Virus record (IMG/VR): IMGVR_UViG_3300030390_001438 | DNA: 64,000 nt | Source: an uncultured virus (IMG/VR IMGVR_UViG_3300030390_001438) | Taxonomy: Duplodnaviria > Heunggongvirae > Uroviricota > Caudoviricetes > Crassvirales | Direction: 5' to 3' (one strand) | Shown here: piece by piece, positions 8,197 to 16,519 of the stretch | Position numbering within the stretch: position 1 is the first letter of the stretch | How the letters are laid out: each line of letters opens with the position of its first letter | Notes under the pieces: generated by a model | The model's input: the letters and a program-made list of their open reading frames with translations, nothing else | Databases searched by the model: none | What the model was told of the DNA's origin: nothing | Made by a program: the position numbers and the translations under genes

Positions 8197-8469
8197 TTAT
8201 CTTTTTCTTGGATTATCGTTAATTTTTCTTCGATTCTTTTGTTCTTTTTTAGCTAAACGATTTATCTGACTAATAAAAGACTTTTGTTTTTTAGTTAGCT
8301 TAACATTCTTAACTTCTTTAGTTCTGATCTTATTGTAATTTTCTTTGCCTAATTCTTTTTTCAAAATATTAACCATATCCATTCTACTTGTAGAATCTTT
8401 TACAATTTTTTTTCTAACTTTTACCCTTTTTAAAGAGTCCCTAACTTTTTTAGTAATCGGATCTGGCAT
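8197..8469 (-). CDS. Lys/Arg-rich protein
   Basis: 90 aa in packed operon. Confidence 0.7.
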   Translation of the reverse strand: MPDPITKKVRDSLKRVKVRKKIVKDSTSRMDMVNILKKELGKENYNKIRTKEVKNVKLTKKQKSFISQINRLAKKEQKNRRKINDNPRKR

Positions 8470-8472
8470 CGC

Positions 8473-8724
8473 TTAATACATTTTTCTTTTTGGTTTAACT
8501 TTAGACAAGCCAATTTTACGTGCCGTTTTTTTAACAACCCCAGGCTTCATAGCTGGTTTTTTAGGTGTTTTAGGCATTTTCATTTTTCTAAGTTGAGCTG
8601 CAGATTTTTTAGATCCTGCAATTAATTTTAATGCAGTTGCTTTTTTCTTTTTCCCAGCTGCTCTTTTCTTTTTCCCTGGTGGTCTTCCTTTTTTTGAACC
8701 GTACGTTCCCATTCCTTGTGGCAT
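8473..8724 (-). CDS. Basic protein with histone-H1-tail-like composition
   Basis: 25 K + 5 R in 83 aa, no D/E, contains TPKK. Confidence 0.7.
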   Translation of the reverse strand: MPQGMGTYGSKKGRPPGKKKRAAGKKKKATALKLIAGSKKSAAQLRKMKMPKTPKKPAMKPGVVKKTARKIGLSKVKPKRKMY

Positions 8725-8748
8725 AATTTTATTTTTTAGTTATTATTA

Positions 8749-8964
8749 TTAATTTTTCTTAAAAGCTTTAATTTTATTTTTTAGTGATTCTCTTTTTTTC
8801 ATGATTTTTTCAAATCGAAAACCCTTAAGTGAATCTAATTTCCTTAGCTTAACAGAATCTTTTTTCCGTTTCATTTTGTAAGCAGGTGTATTTCTTTTAG
8901 CAGCTATCTTAGCTCTACACTTTTTTAATTTTTCTCCTGTTAATCCTTTACAATAAAGTGCCAT
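8749..8964 (-). CDS. Lys-rich protein
   Basis: 71 aa. Confidence 0.7.
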   Translation of the reverse strand: MALYCKGLTGEKLKKCRAKIAAKRNTPAYKMKRKKDSVKLRKLDSLKGFRFEKIMKKRESLKNKIKAFKKN

Positions 8965-8974
8965 TTATTTAGTT

Positions 8975-9409
8975 TTATATATTACAATACTCTATTGTGG
9001 CATCGAAACTTGGACATGCTTTTGCAGCAAAGTCTCGATGACCATGAATTTTTGCTTCTGGATACATCTTACGCAATACAAGCAATAATTCTAACATAGT
9101 TTCTTTTTGTTCTGGTGTTCTTGTATCTTTTGCAGGATACTTTCCTTTTGAATCTCTTTCAGATTCCACTCCACCCACATAACAAATTGAGATAGAACTA
9201 CAATTCAAACCCTTCGTATGCGCTCCACACTTATCTATCATGCGTCCAGTTTCAATAGATCCGTCTATTAGAACTAAAAAATGATAACCAATTCCTTTCC
9301 ATCCTCTTTTTTTATGCCACCGATCTATAACCTCAGCATTGATGGAGTCATCTCCTTCTCGTGTTGCAGAACAATGAATTATGAATTTATTTACGTTCTC
9401 TTTCTTCAT
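8975..9409 (-). CDS. N-acetylmuramoyl-L-alanine amidase (T7 lysozyme/Amidase_2 type)
   Basis: IIHCSAT, IGYHF, GAH, GHRDF..KACPSF motifs. Confidence 0.9.
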   Translation of the reverse strand: MKKENVNKFIIHCSATREGDDSINAEVIDRWHKKRGWKGIGYHFLVLIDGSIETGRMIDKCGAHTKGLNCSSISICYVGGVESERDSKGKYPAKDTRTPEQKETMLELLLVLRKMYPEAKIHGHRDFAAKACPSFDATIEYCNI

Positions 9410-9414
9410 TGTTT

Positions 9415-9438
9415 TACTTTTGTATCTTTACAAAAATA
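9415..9438. promoter_or_regulatory. Overlapping opposed TAnnTTTG promoters
   Basis: TACTTTTG (+, 9415-9422) toward 9460; TATTTTTG (-, 9431-9438) toward the amidase. Confidence 0.55.
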
Positions 9439-9459
9439 ACAAATTAAATCTACTTTTTT

Positions 9460-9912
9460 ATGAGCGTTTCAGTTCGCAGTACTTCACGTAAACAACCTAC
9501 GCATGATTATCTTAAATACTGGCGAGTAATTAAATACTGGGCAAAGAGAAAATATAATATTAGTACAGAAGATTTAGAAATGATGTTGTTTCTATACAGT
9601 GAACATCTGTTTAATAAAACAAAGTTTGAAGAATACCAAAAACTAATGAGTTGGAATAAGAATAAATTTTACACTTTAATAAAACAAGGTTACATACACC
9701 AATGGCGTAAGAAAAATGGGAAAGAAGCTGCTATGTATGAATTAACTTACAAAGCAAAACGTTTAGTAAATAACGTATATGGGAAGTTAAATGGTGAAGA
9801 GTTTCCTGAAAACTATGTAAACAATCCTGTATTCAAACATGATGTTAAGTTTAGAGATAAAGTCTTTAGACAATATATGCTTAAAATAAATAAAGAAATA
9901 AGAGAAAATTAA
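9460..9912 (+). CDS. Putative winged-helix DNA-binding protein
   Basis: Helical N-half then LIKQGYI...MYELTYKAK wing pattern (MarR-like). Confidence 0.55.
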   Translation: MSVSVRSTSRKQPTHDYLKYWRVIKYWAKRKYNISTEDLEMMLFLYSEHLFNKTKFEEYQKLMSWNKNKFYTLIKQGYIHQWRKKNGKEAAMYELTYKAKRLVNNVYGKLNGEEFPENYVNNPVFKHDVKFRDKVFRQYMLKINKEIREN

Positions 9913-10166
9913 ATAACTACTACTACGTCTTTTTCACTAATAACAGTATACACCTGATCATTAATTAACATTGAGTGTCCTGCAGCTTTATCATAGTATA
10001 TATTATCATTTTCTTTAATAGTATCTACTAAAGTTCCTGGTTTAACTACGTTAGCTTTTTGATATCTCATAGAAGATACATCTTCTGCAGATAATAATAT
10101 ACCTGATTCTGTTTTAACTTCTTCTTCTGTTTTTGTAATTACAATAAATTTACCTATTGGCTGCAT
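9909..10166 (-). CDS. groES: Co-chaperonin GroES
   Basis: MQPIGKFIVI, KTESGILL mobile loop, ISEKDVVVV; adjacent to groEL. Confidence 0.9.
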   Translation of the reverse strand: MQPIGKFIVITKTEEEVKTESGILLSAEDVSSMRYQKANVVKPGTLVDTIKENDNIYYDKAAGHSMLINDQVYTVISEKDVVVVI

Positions 10167-10167
10167 A

Positions 10168-11781
10168 TTATATTTGATTTATTCTTTTGTGAGTTACAAT
10201 TGCATTAGTTGATAGAATTGTAGTAGCAACACTACTTGCATTTAATAATGCATTCTTTGTAACTTTAAGTGGATCAATAATACCCATAGTTAACATGTTA
10301 CCAAACTTCTCATTCTTAGCATCAAAACCATAGTTCTTAGTATTCTTGTTGTTTATCTTCTCTATGATGTCGTTCGGGTTTATTCCTGCGTTGTTTAGGA
10401 TTTGAATCAAAGGTTGACAAAGGGCATCTTTAACCATTTTCAATGCTACTTCATAGTCTGCATCTCCTTGCCACGTTTTACTACCTGTAATACTTTTGCT
10501 GGCATTGTATAAAGCTATACCTCCACCAGCTACAATTCCTTCTTCTAAAGCAGAACGTACAGCACATACCGAGTCATCAACTCGGTCAAATTTTTCTTTC
10601 TGTTCTACATCTGAGTTACCGCCAACGTAAATACAGCCTATAGCTCCAGCTAAACTTGCTATACGCTCGTCAATAAATTTACGAGACACTGGGTCTGTAG
10701 TATTATCTTGCTGAACTCTAAGCTCTTTTACGCGCTTTCTTAGTTCCTCAGTAGGTTCTGAATTTTTTATTAATACGGAAGTTGTCTTGCCAATAATAAT
10801 TTTATTAGCAAAACCTAAATCCTCAGCTCTTAATAGACTAAGGTCATCTCCCGTTTGCTCTGAAAAGTATTTAGCTCCAACAGTTGCTGCTATATCTTGC
10901 ATCAGTTCGTTCTTCTTATAACCGAACGAAGGCGGTGCAATATTACATAGCTTCAAATTGTTTCTAACTACGTTGGCTGCAAAAGTGTTTATCACGTTTT
11001 GACCGCAGTCTGCTATTATTAATAACTTGTCATTATTTTGTATGATCTTTTTTAATACCGATTCGATTTGTAAAATATTACTTATCTCTTGATCACATAC
11101 TAAAACCTTTACATCTTCTAATATGCACTCATCTTTCTTTTGATTATTTATAAATAGATTAGAAGTATAACCTCTATCTACTTTTATACCGTTAGTAACC
11201 TCTGCGTAGGTCTTATGGTTTTGTGATTTCTCTACAGTCACTATTCCATCACGACCAACTTTGTTGTAGGCTTCCGCAATTAATTCCCCAATTATCGAAT
11301 CATTGTTAGCAGATATCTTAGCTACGTCTAATAAACTATTGTCTGTAATTTTTTTAGAATTTTTTTCTAACTTATCTACAACTTGTTCTATTAAAGCATT
11401 AGTGTGTCTAACAACCATTGATGTGTTATGACTATCATCAATGTACTCATTCCCTGCTTTTACAAAAGCTTCTGCCAAAACAATAGCTGTAGTCGTTCCA
11501 TCACCAGCTGAATTAGCTGTACGCTCGGCTGCATCTTTCATTATCTGAATCGCAAGATTCTCTACTGGATCATCTAAAAAGATAGATGCTGCAACTGTAA
11601 CGCCATCCTTAGTCACCGTCATCCCTCGCATATGTTCGGGAGACTCTACTACAACTGTCTTACCTCGTGGGCCTAATGTACTCTTAACTGCTTTTGAAAT
11701 TTGAGAGATTCCGCTTATTAATTTATCTCTACCAGATTTATCGAAATGTAAATCTTTTGGAATGTAGCCCTGTTGTGACAT
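10168..11781 (-). CDS. groEL: Chaperonin GroEL
   Basis: TLGPRG, VTKDGVTVA, GDGTTTA, GIVAGGG, IIDPLKV; start moved to MSQQ because a promoter lies inside the longer ORF. Confidence 0.95.
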   Translation of the reverse strand: MSQQGYIPKDLHFDKSGRDKLISGISQISKAVKSTLGPRGKTVVVESPEHMRGMTVTKDGVTVAASIFLDDPVENLAIQIMKDAAERTANSAGDGTTTAIVLAEAFVKAGNEYIDDSHNTSMVVRHTNALIEQVVDKLEKNSKKITDNSLLDVAKISANNDSIIGELIAEAYNKVGRDGIVTVEKSQNHKTYAEVTNGIKVDRGYTSNLFINNQKKDECILEDVKVLVCDQEISNILQIESVLKKIIQNNDKLLIIADCGQNVINTFAANVVRNNLKLCNIAPPSFGYKKNELMQDIAATVGAKYFSEQTGDDLSLLRAEDLGFANKIIIGKTTSVLIKNSEPTEELRKRVKELRVQQDNTTDPVSRKFIDERIASLAGAIGCIYVGGNSDVEQKEKFDRVDDSVCAVRSALEEGIVAGGGIALYNASKSITGSKTWQGDADYEVALKMVKDALCQPLIQILNNAGINPNDIIEKINNKNTKNYGFDAKNEKFGNMLTMGIIDPLKVTKNALLNASSVATTILSTNAIVTHKRINQI

Positions 11782-11809
11782 GTGATTTAAAATTAAATTA
11801 GATTCCTTA

Positions 11810-11817
11810 CAAATATA
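11810..11817 (-). promoter_or_regulatory. -7 promoter element for groEL-groES
   Basis: TATATTTG on - strand. Confidence 0.6.
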
Positions 11818-11861
11818 CAAAATTTATTTGATGCAACCGCACATGCTGTTGCTAAACAACA

Positions 11862-12051
11862 ATGACGCAATGACAGAATGAAATGCTTTATTTATACTAT
11901 AGAAGTATTTACTTTATATATATTTTTTATATACTAAAAAATTGATTTAAAACTGTCATTTCAGTCATTTTTAATATAACTTACTTATTATTAGTTACTT
12001 ATACTTTTAATAACTGTCATTAAACTGTCATTAAAATGACTATAATAGTCA
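11862..12051. repeat. ATGAC/GTCAT iteron-like element flanking an AT-rich core (copy 1)
   Basis: ATGAC x2, AT-rich spacer, CTGTCATTTCAGTCATTT, AACTGTCATTA x2, TGACTA-taa-TAGTCA. Confidence 0.7.
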
Positions 12052-12113
12052 ATAATAGTAATATATTAGTATATAAATATAAAATATCTTATCAAATCAA
12101 AATATATATGTAT

Positions 12114-12147
12114 AAAAAAAAGAGGTCTCTTTACGAAACCTCTCTTT
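12114..12147 (-). terminator. Rho-independent terminator
   Basis: AGAGGT/ACCTCT stem followed by T8 on - strand, downstream of 12182-12391. Confidence 0.7.
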
Positions 12148-12181
12148 AAACTTAATCAAAACAGAACAATGGGAATCAAGT

Positions 12182-12391
12182 TTAAAAATCTAATTGTCTA
12201 TAATTTTTTTTGTTCTCAGCCATCTCTATAGCTTCTGCTATTTGGTTTACCTTACGATCATTCTTTACAGCTCTCTTCATTGATGCGGCTCTTGTAATAC
12301 CCATCTGTCCATCAGGTGCTAAATTAATTAACCTACCGTTCTTAACTGTATAACCTTCTTGTCTCGGTGTCATTCCTTTAAAGTGACTCAT
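12182..12391 (-). CDS. Hypothetical protein
   Basis: 69 aa with its own TATCTTTG promoter (12419-12426) and terminator. Confidence 0.7.
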   Translation of the reverse strand: MSHFKGMTPRQEGYTVKNGRLINLAPDGQMGITRAASMKRAVKNDRKVNQIAEAIEMAENKKNYRQLDF

Positions 12392-12474
12392 AACTTTTCT
12401 TTTTAATAGTTGATTTTACAAAGATAATAAAAAATTATTAGATATCAGGAAGTGGAGGATAATACTATACTATA

Positions 12475-12742
12475 CACGCACCACCCCCCAACCGAAAACG
12501 AAAATAAAAAAAAAGATTTTGATAAAACAAATCGATCCGCTCCAAACATTTTAGCTTTTTATCTGGGGGTCTGACGTAGCACCAACCCACCGCACCGCAC
12601 ACGCTGCCGCACCGCTTGGCGGCTGCCGCTTTGCGTAGCTGCTCGGCTTTGTTTGGGTCTCCGCTACCGCTCCGCCTCTCCGCATTACTAAAATAAATTA
12701 ATACACGTGAACCCCTTCCCGCGTTTATCACTGGGCGGAGTC
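12475..12742. repeat. GC-rich non-coding CCGC array at the transcription divergence point
   Basis: 13 CCGC/GCGG tetramers between 12537 and 12738. Confidence 0.7.
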
Positions 12743-12859
12743 TTTAATATCTAAACATTTTTTATTTAGAATAAGTATAAATTAAACTTATAACTTGCTC
12801 AAGCTCAGTGAGTTACAATATGTTTAAGTGATGTATATAAATATTTATTAAAATAATGC

Positions 12860-12889
12860 TTGCATAAGTCAATATATAAACTATCTTTG
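12860..12889 (+). promoter_or_regulatory. Early promoter (TTG...TATCTTTG)
   Basis: TTGC at 12860, TATCTTTG at 12882; same spacing as 16740/16762. Confidence 0.7.
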
Positions 12890-12923
12890 AACAAACAATA
12901 AACATTAATTAAACTTTATTATT

Positions 12924-13154
12924 ATGAGTAGATTAAAATTTAACATTAGAAAGGAAGTATTAAAAACTTTAAACGTTATTAAAATTGACACGCAAGAAAT
13001 TAAAAATTCTATTTCTTTTGGTGGTCAAAGCGAAGAAGCACAATTAAAAGATTTTAACGCTGAACGCTTACAAGCTAATGATGTTTATTTATTAGTTGAC
13101 ACTTTAAATGAAGAAGTAGAAAAATTAAAAATGCTTTTAAACTTATTAAAATAA
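12924..13154 (+). CDS. Early hypothetical protein
   Basis: First ORF after early promoter. Confidence 0.7.
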   Translation: MSRLKFNIRKEVLKTLNVIKIDTQEIKNSISFGGQSEEAQLKDFNAERLQANDVYLLVDTLNEEVEKLKMLLNLLK

Positions 13155-13163
13155 TAATAATCA

Positions 13164-13181
13164 GGGAGCGGAAACGCTCCC
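13164..13181 (+). other. GC-rich hairpin with GAAA tetraloop
   Basis: GGGAGCG-GAAA-CGCTCCC, intergenic, no U-tract. Confidence 0.6.
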
Positions 13182-13195
13182 ATAATTTAAATAAT

Positions 13196-13480
13196 ATGCT
13201 TATACACAAAATAGATAATTACAGAAAATTTAATATTTCTTATATCTCTCCGACCAATTACAGAGGCGCAAGAGTTAAGATCTCAGAGCCAAAAAGATAC
13301 AATAACGACAAAACGCAAAACGTTTATTTATCATATTGTTATAAAACAGGAGATATCGCCCAGCAAGGGCTGGACTACTTAATTGAAAAAGGGTTTAAGC
13401 CTGTTTCAAGATGCTCAGAATATAAATTTTATACTATCCTTTGTGATAATTGGGCAGATGAATTTATTAATATAAAATAA
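13196..13480 (+). CDS. Early hypothetical protein
   Basis: 94 aa ORF in operon. Confidence 0.7.
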   Translation: MLIHKIDNYRKFNISYISPTNYRGARVKISEPKRYNNDKTQNVYLSYCYKTGDIAQQGLDYLIEKGFKPVSRCSEYKFYTILCDNWADEFINIK

Positions 13481-13683
13481 TGGGAAAATCAAAAGATCAA
13501 TTTCTACACTTAAGGGAGAGCAGAAAAGCTCAAAGGCGGTATGACGTCCAAGACGTAATAAATTCAGAAATAACACTTCAACCATTGGATTGTCGTAAGT
13601 GTGGCAGTCAAGAAGTTACGTTTCATCAATACGTAGGCGATGCGTACTGCTCCGATTGTGGAGTCTGGCAATTAGATAATTAA
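13480..13683 (+). CDS. Zn-ribbon protein
   Basis: CRKC...CSDC. Confidence 0.65.
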   Translation: MGKSKDQFLHLRESRKAQRRYDVQDVINSEITLQPLDCRKCGSQEVTFHQYVGDAYCSDCGVWQLDN

Positions 13684-13809
13684 TTATTATTAACGTAGCA
13701 TAAGGCAAGTATTTAAACGATGGTACTATTTGCATATGTAAGGTGGCGATACTTTATCCCTTACAGCGTTAAATAATAATAACTAAATATAAATTAAAAA
13801 CTTAATCAA

Positions 13810-14025
13810 ATGAGAACATTTCAAAAAGTATTATTAGTATTCTGTTGGTTGTTTGTTCATTCAGCAATTATCAAACTAATGATTCACATTATTAGAACAG
13901 AAATACAATCACCCACAAATATAATAGCGGTGATCCCCTTACTAATTTTTATAGCGGTACTCATGTATTTCAGCGGTGGATTAGTTTACAATATAGTTAT
14001 TTCAAAAAATCGTTTAAGCGAATAG
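13810..14025 (+). CDS. Small membrane protein (2 TM)
   Basis: Two hydrophobic segments. Confidence 0.6.
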   Translation: MRTFQKVLLVFCWLFVHSAIIKLMIHIIRTEIQSPTNIIAVIPLLIFIAVLMYFSGGLVYNIVISKNRLSE

Positions 14026-14026
14026 T

Positions 14027-14290
14027 ATGGCAAAGGATATAAAACAAAAGGAAGAAATGTTAATTCTTATAGTGGATAAGAATAAAGATTTAGCATTAAT
14101 TACAGCTCTTATTTTAAATGAGGATATTTTAGGTGGGACAATCTTTCAAACATTCGACAGAGCGTATGCGATTGCTACAAATTTCCAATATATCTATCCT
14201 CACGATTTTGATTGGGAAGGTGAAGATATAGACTTTGATGAAGCAGTAATACTATTCACTAAAAAAGTATTAGAAGATGAAATACAATAA
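14027..14290 (+). CDS. Acidic hypothetical protein
   Basis: ORF packing. Confidence 0.65.
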   Translation: MAKDIKQKEEMLILIVDKNKDLALITALILNEDILGGTIFQTFDRAYAIATNFQYIYPHDFDWEGEDIDFDEAVILFTKKVLEDEIQ

Positions 14291-14438
14291 CAAAAGTGTA
14301 ATGTATAGAGCATGGCATGACTACAAAATTAAAAAGGCTCACAAAGGCTATGAGCAATGGAGCTTTGCAATGAGTTTATATTATGCACATAGAACGATAA
14401 AATCACTTAATAAAAATAATTATGAGAAACACATTTGA
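14277..14438 (+). CDS. Small hypothetical protein (53 aa)
   Basis: Manual: MKYNNKSVMYRAWHDYKIKKAHKGYEQWSFAMSLYYAHRTIKSLNKNNYEKHI; fills gap between ORFs. Confidence 0.55.
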   Translation: MKYNNKSVMYRAWHDYKIKKAHKGYEQWSFAMSLYYAHRTIKSLNKNNYEKHI

Positions 14439-14640
14439 AGCAAAAGGAAACGCACATTCAGTAACAAACGATGATACAAGAGATGTATCAATTCTTATAG
14501 TCCGCAGATTGATGGACTTGGGATATATCGAAGATAATGATGATTATTATTTTGATATACAAGATACAATTCAAGATGAAATAAATGACTTATTAAATAT
14601 AAATGAACATAACCAAAAAATAACCTTTAAAACAATTTAA
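14422..14640 (+). CDS. Acidic hypothetical protein
   Basis: ORF packing. Confidence 0.65.
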   Translation: MRNTFEAKGNAHSVTNDDTRDVSILIVRRLMDLGYIEDNDDYYFDIQDTIQDEINDLLNINEHNQKITFKTI

Positions 14641-14643
14641 ATT

Positions 14644-14985
14644 ATGGGATACAGAAGTCAAGTATACGTTGGTGTACCACCAACAAAAAGTAAAAAGTTA
14701 GAAAGTTTAAAGTGGAAATATGAAACCACAAGTTTTGATAATTCAGAAACAGGAAGTTTTGAAGACTTATTTAAACCTGTAAAGATAGGCTCTGATGGAA
14801 TGAATATTTATATGGGAGATTGGCTCAAATGGAGAGAAGGATATAAAGGTGTTGATGCCATCACAAATTTTGTAAAAGAGTCTGAAGGTTTTATTGTGTG
14901 CATTGGAGAAGATGAGGTAATTCATTCAGCAACAGGAGAATATTATGATTATGTAGAAATAAGGACTGAAATAGATATAATATAA
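14644..14985 (+). CDS. Hypothetical protein
   Basis: 113 aa, MGYRSQV start. Confidence 0.7.
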   Translation: MGYRSQVYVGVPPTKSKKLESLKWKYETTSFDNSETGSFEDLFKPVKIGSDGMNIYMGDWLKWREGYKGVDAITNFVKESEGFIVCIGEDEVIHSATGEYYDYVEIRTEIDII

Positions 14986-15010
14986 ATAACTAAAATTAAA
15001 TAAATAAACT

Positions 15011-15178
15011 ATGAAAAAAGTATTTATGATTGTGATGTGTATGCTAATAGCTACACCCACCTTAACAAGTTGTTCATCTTCCAGAAGTTGTAAAACTTCT
15101 AAAATGAAAAAGAAATGGGCAAAAGATAATTATTGGAAGTCTAACAAAAAACACAAAAAATCAAAATGGGGAAGATAA
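15011..15178 (+). CDS. Small lipoprotein (55 aa)
   Basis: Manual: MKKVFMIVMCMLIATPTLTS-CSSSRSCKTSKMKKKWAKDNYWKSNKKHKKSKWGR; LTSC lipobox. Confidence 0.7.
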   Translation: MKKVFMIVMCMLIATPTLTSCSSSRSCKTSKMKKKWAKDNYWKSNKKHKKSKWGR

Positions 15179-15681
15179 AATTTAACTTAGAATTTGGAGG
15201 GTTTTATGACTCAGTCCATTCAAATATCATTGATGATGCAATAAGAAATTCGGAGCTTCTGTACTATGAAACCTTCGAATATAATACACTTAATTGGAAA
15301 TTTATTCATGCTCAGTATTGTAAAATATACATAGACATATTAAATCATGAGCTTGATTTGAATTTAAAGTTTATTAAATTAAATAGTCCAGACTTTTACA
15401 ATTTTGAAACTGACAAGATTGAAGCTGAAATATCTGACAAAGAGTTTAATAAATTAAAGTCAGAGTATCTAAACTCAAAAGAGTTCATTGATTATGTTAA
15501 TGAAAGCTCAAAGTCATATGACGGATTTATCAGCTTTTACAATGGTATTGAGGCGGTAAAAAAAGAAGATGAAATACTGTTAAATTATATGTTCAATTAT
15601 ATATTATTGAGTATTTCTGATGATATACAAATGGCTATTTATGAGGTATTGGACGAAGTTGGCAGTCTGGTGATAAATTAA
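15166..15681 (+). CDS. Hypothetical protein
   Basis: 171 aa; FGGFYDS and SP.FYNFETD segments. Confidence 0.7.
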   Translation: MGKIKFNLEFGGFYDSVHSNIIDDAIRNSELLYYETFEYNTLNWKFIHAQYCKIYIDILNHELDLNLKFIKLNSPDFYNFETDKIEAEISDKEFNKLKSEYLNSKEFIDYVNESSKSYDGFISFYNGIEAVKKEDEILLNYMFNYILLSISDDIQMAIYEVLDEVGSLVIN

Positions 15682-15754
15682 TTAATGTTAATAAAATGTT
15701 TACAACACTTGCGTAAGTAGTTTAAGTTTAGTACATTTATAAAAATTATAAATT

Positions 15755-15988
15755 ATGGCAAATTATTATAGTAAAGATCAAATTGATTCTGTAATCAATT
15801 TAAAAACGCATGAGGTTGAAGCTCTGCGTAAAGAAATAAAATCTTTAGAAGAAAAACTTAAAAAATCAGACATGATGTTAATGTGGTACAATGACTTTGT
15901 AGATTTAATACAAGACCAACACAATAATATCTATAATTCAGCGTGTGAATATGCTGATGAAAAAGAATACAGAATACTTAACTTTTAA
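15755..15988 (+). CDS. Coiled-coil hypothetical protein
   Basis: ORF after promoter-like TTGC...TACATTTA (15709-15739). Confidence 0.65.
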   Translation: MANYYSKDQIDSVINLKTHEVEALRKEIKSLEEKLKKSDMMLMWYNDFVDLIQDQHNNIYNSACEYADEKEYRILNF

Positions 15989-15999
15989 TTAAATAAAAA

Positions 16000-16188
16000 A
16001 TGGAAAACTTAACAAAGAAACAAATTATTAATTATGCGAGGTGGGTCTATAACGAATGTGATGACCCAATTTGTGAAATAGAGTGGTTAGTACAACAAAT
16101 ACTTGACACTAAAAATAATAAAATAGAAATCATAAAAGATTTTACCGAAAGTGTAAAAGATGGTTTGTTTATGAATGAATTAAATTAA
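16000..16188 (+). CDS. Hypothetical protein
   Basis: ORF packing. Confidence 0.6.
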   Translation: MENLTKKQIINYARWVYNECDDPICEIEWLVQQILDTKNNKIEIIKDFTESVKDGLFMNELN

Positions 16189-16276
16189 ACTTAAATTAAA
16201 ATGAAAGCAATAATTCCAAAGTTAGACAAACAATGGTGGTATAACACGCAATATAATAATCAAACAACTAAATAAA

Positions 16277-16519
16277 ATGGAATACAAAAACTATGTCAAT
16301 TCAATTATTACTGAGATCGATAATGAATTAAAAACTCCTTACAATAGATATCAAATGATTCTTATAATTAGAAAACATGGAGATGATGAATTTGAAACCG
16401 CAAATGATGTATGGGACTTAGCTATGCAAACAGATTCTGAAGTAGCGGGTAATCTTCAAAACATGAAAGAATATTATATAAGAATTCAAAAGCAATATCA
16501 TTATGAAACGGAATCATAA
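16277..16519 (+). CDS. Hypothetical protein
   Basis: ORF packing. Confidence 0.65.
   Translation: MEYKNYVNSIITEIDNELKTPYNRYQMILIIRKHGDDEFETANDVWDLAMQTDSEVAGNLQNMKEYYIRIQKQYHYETES

Noticed and set aside
11782..11820. Longer TTG-start extension of GroEL (similar extensions at 1535, 35205, 45852)
   Set aside because: Extensions overlap promoters or neighbouring genes; downstream ATGs fit better.
12465..12731. 88-aa - strand ORF over the GC-rich island
   Set aside because: Composition is unlike all other genes; better explained as a by-product of the CCGC repeats.
11862..12742. CRISPR array or tRNA in the intergenic region
   Set aside because: Repeats are 4-18 bp and irregular with no spacer periodicity; no cloverleaf or T-loop pattern seen.
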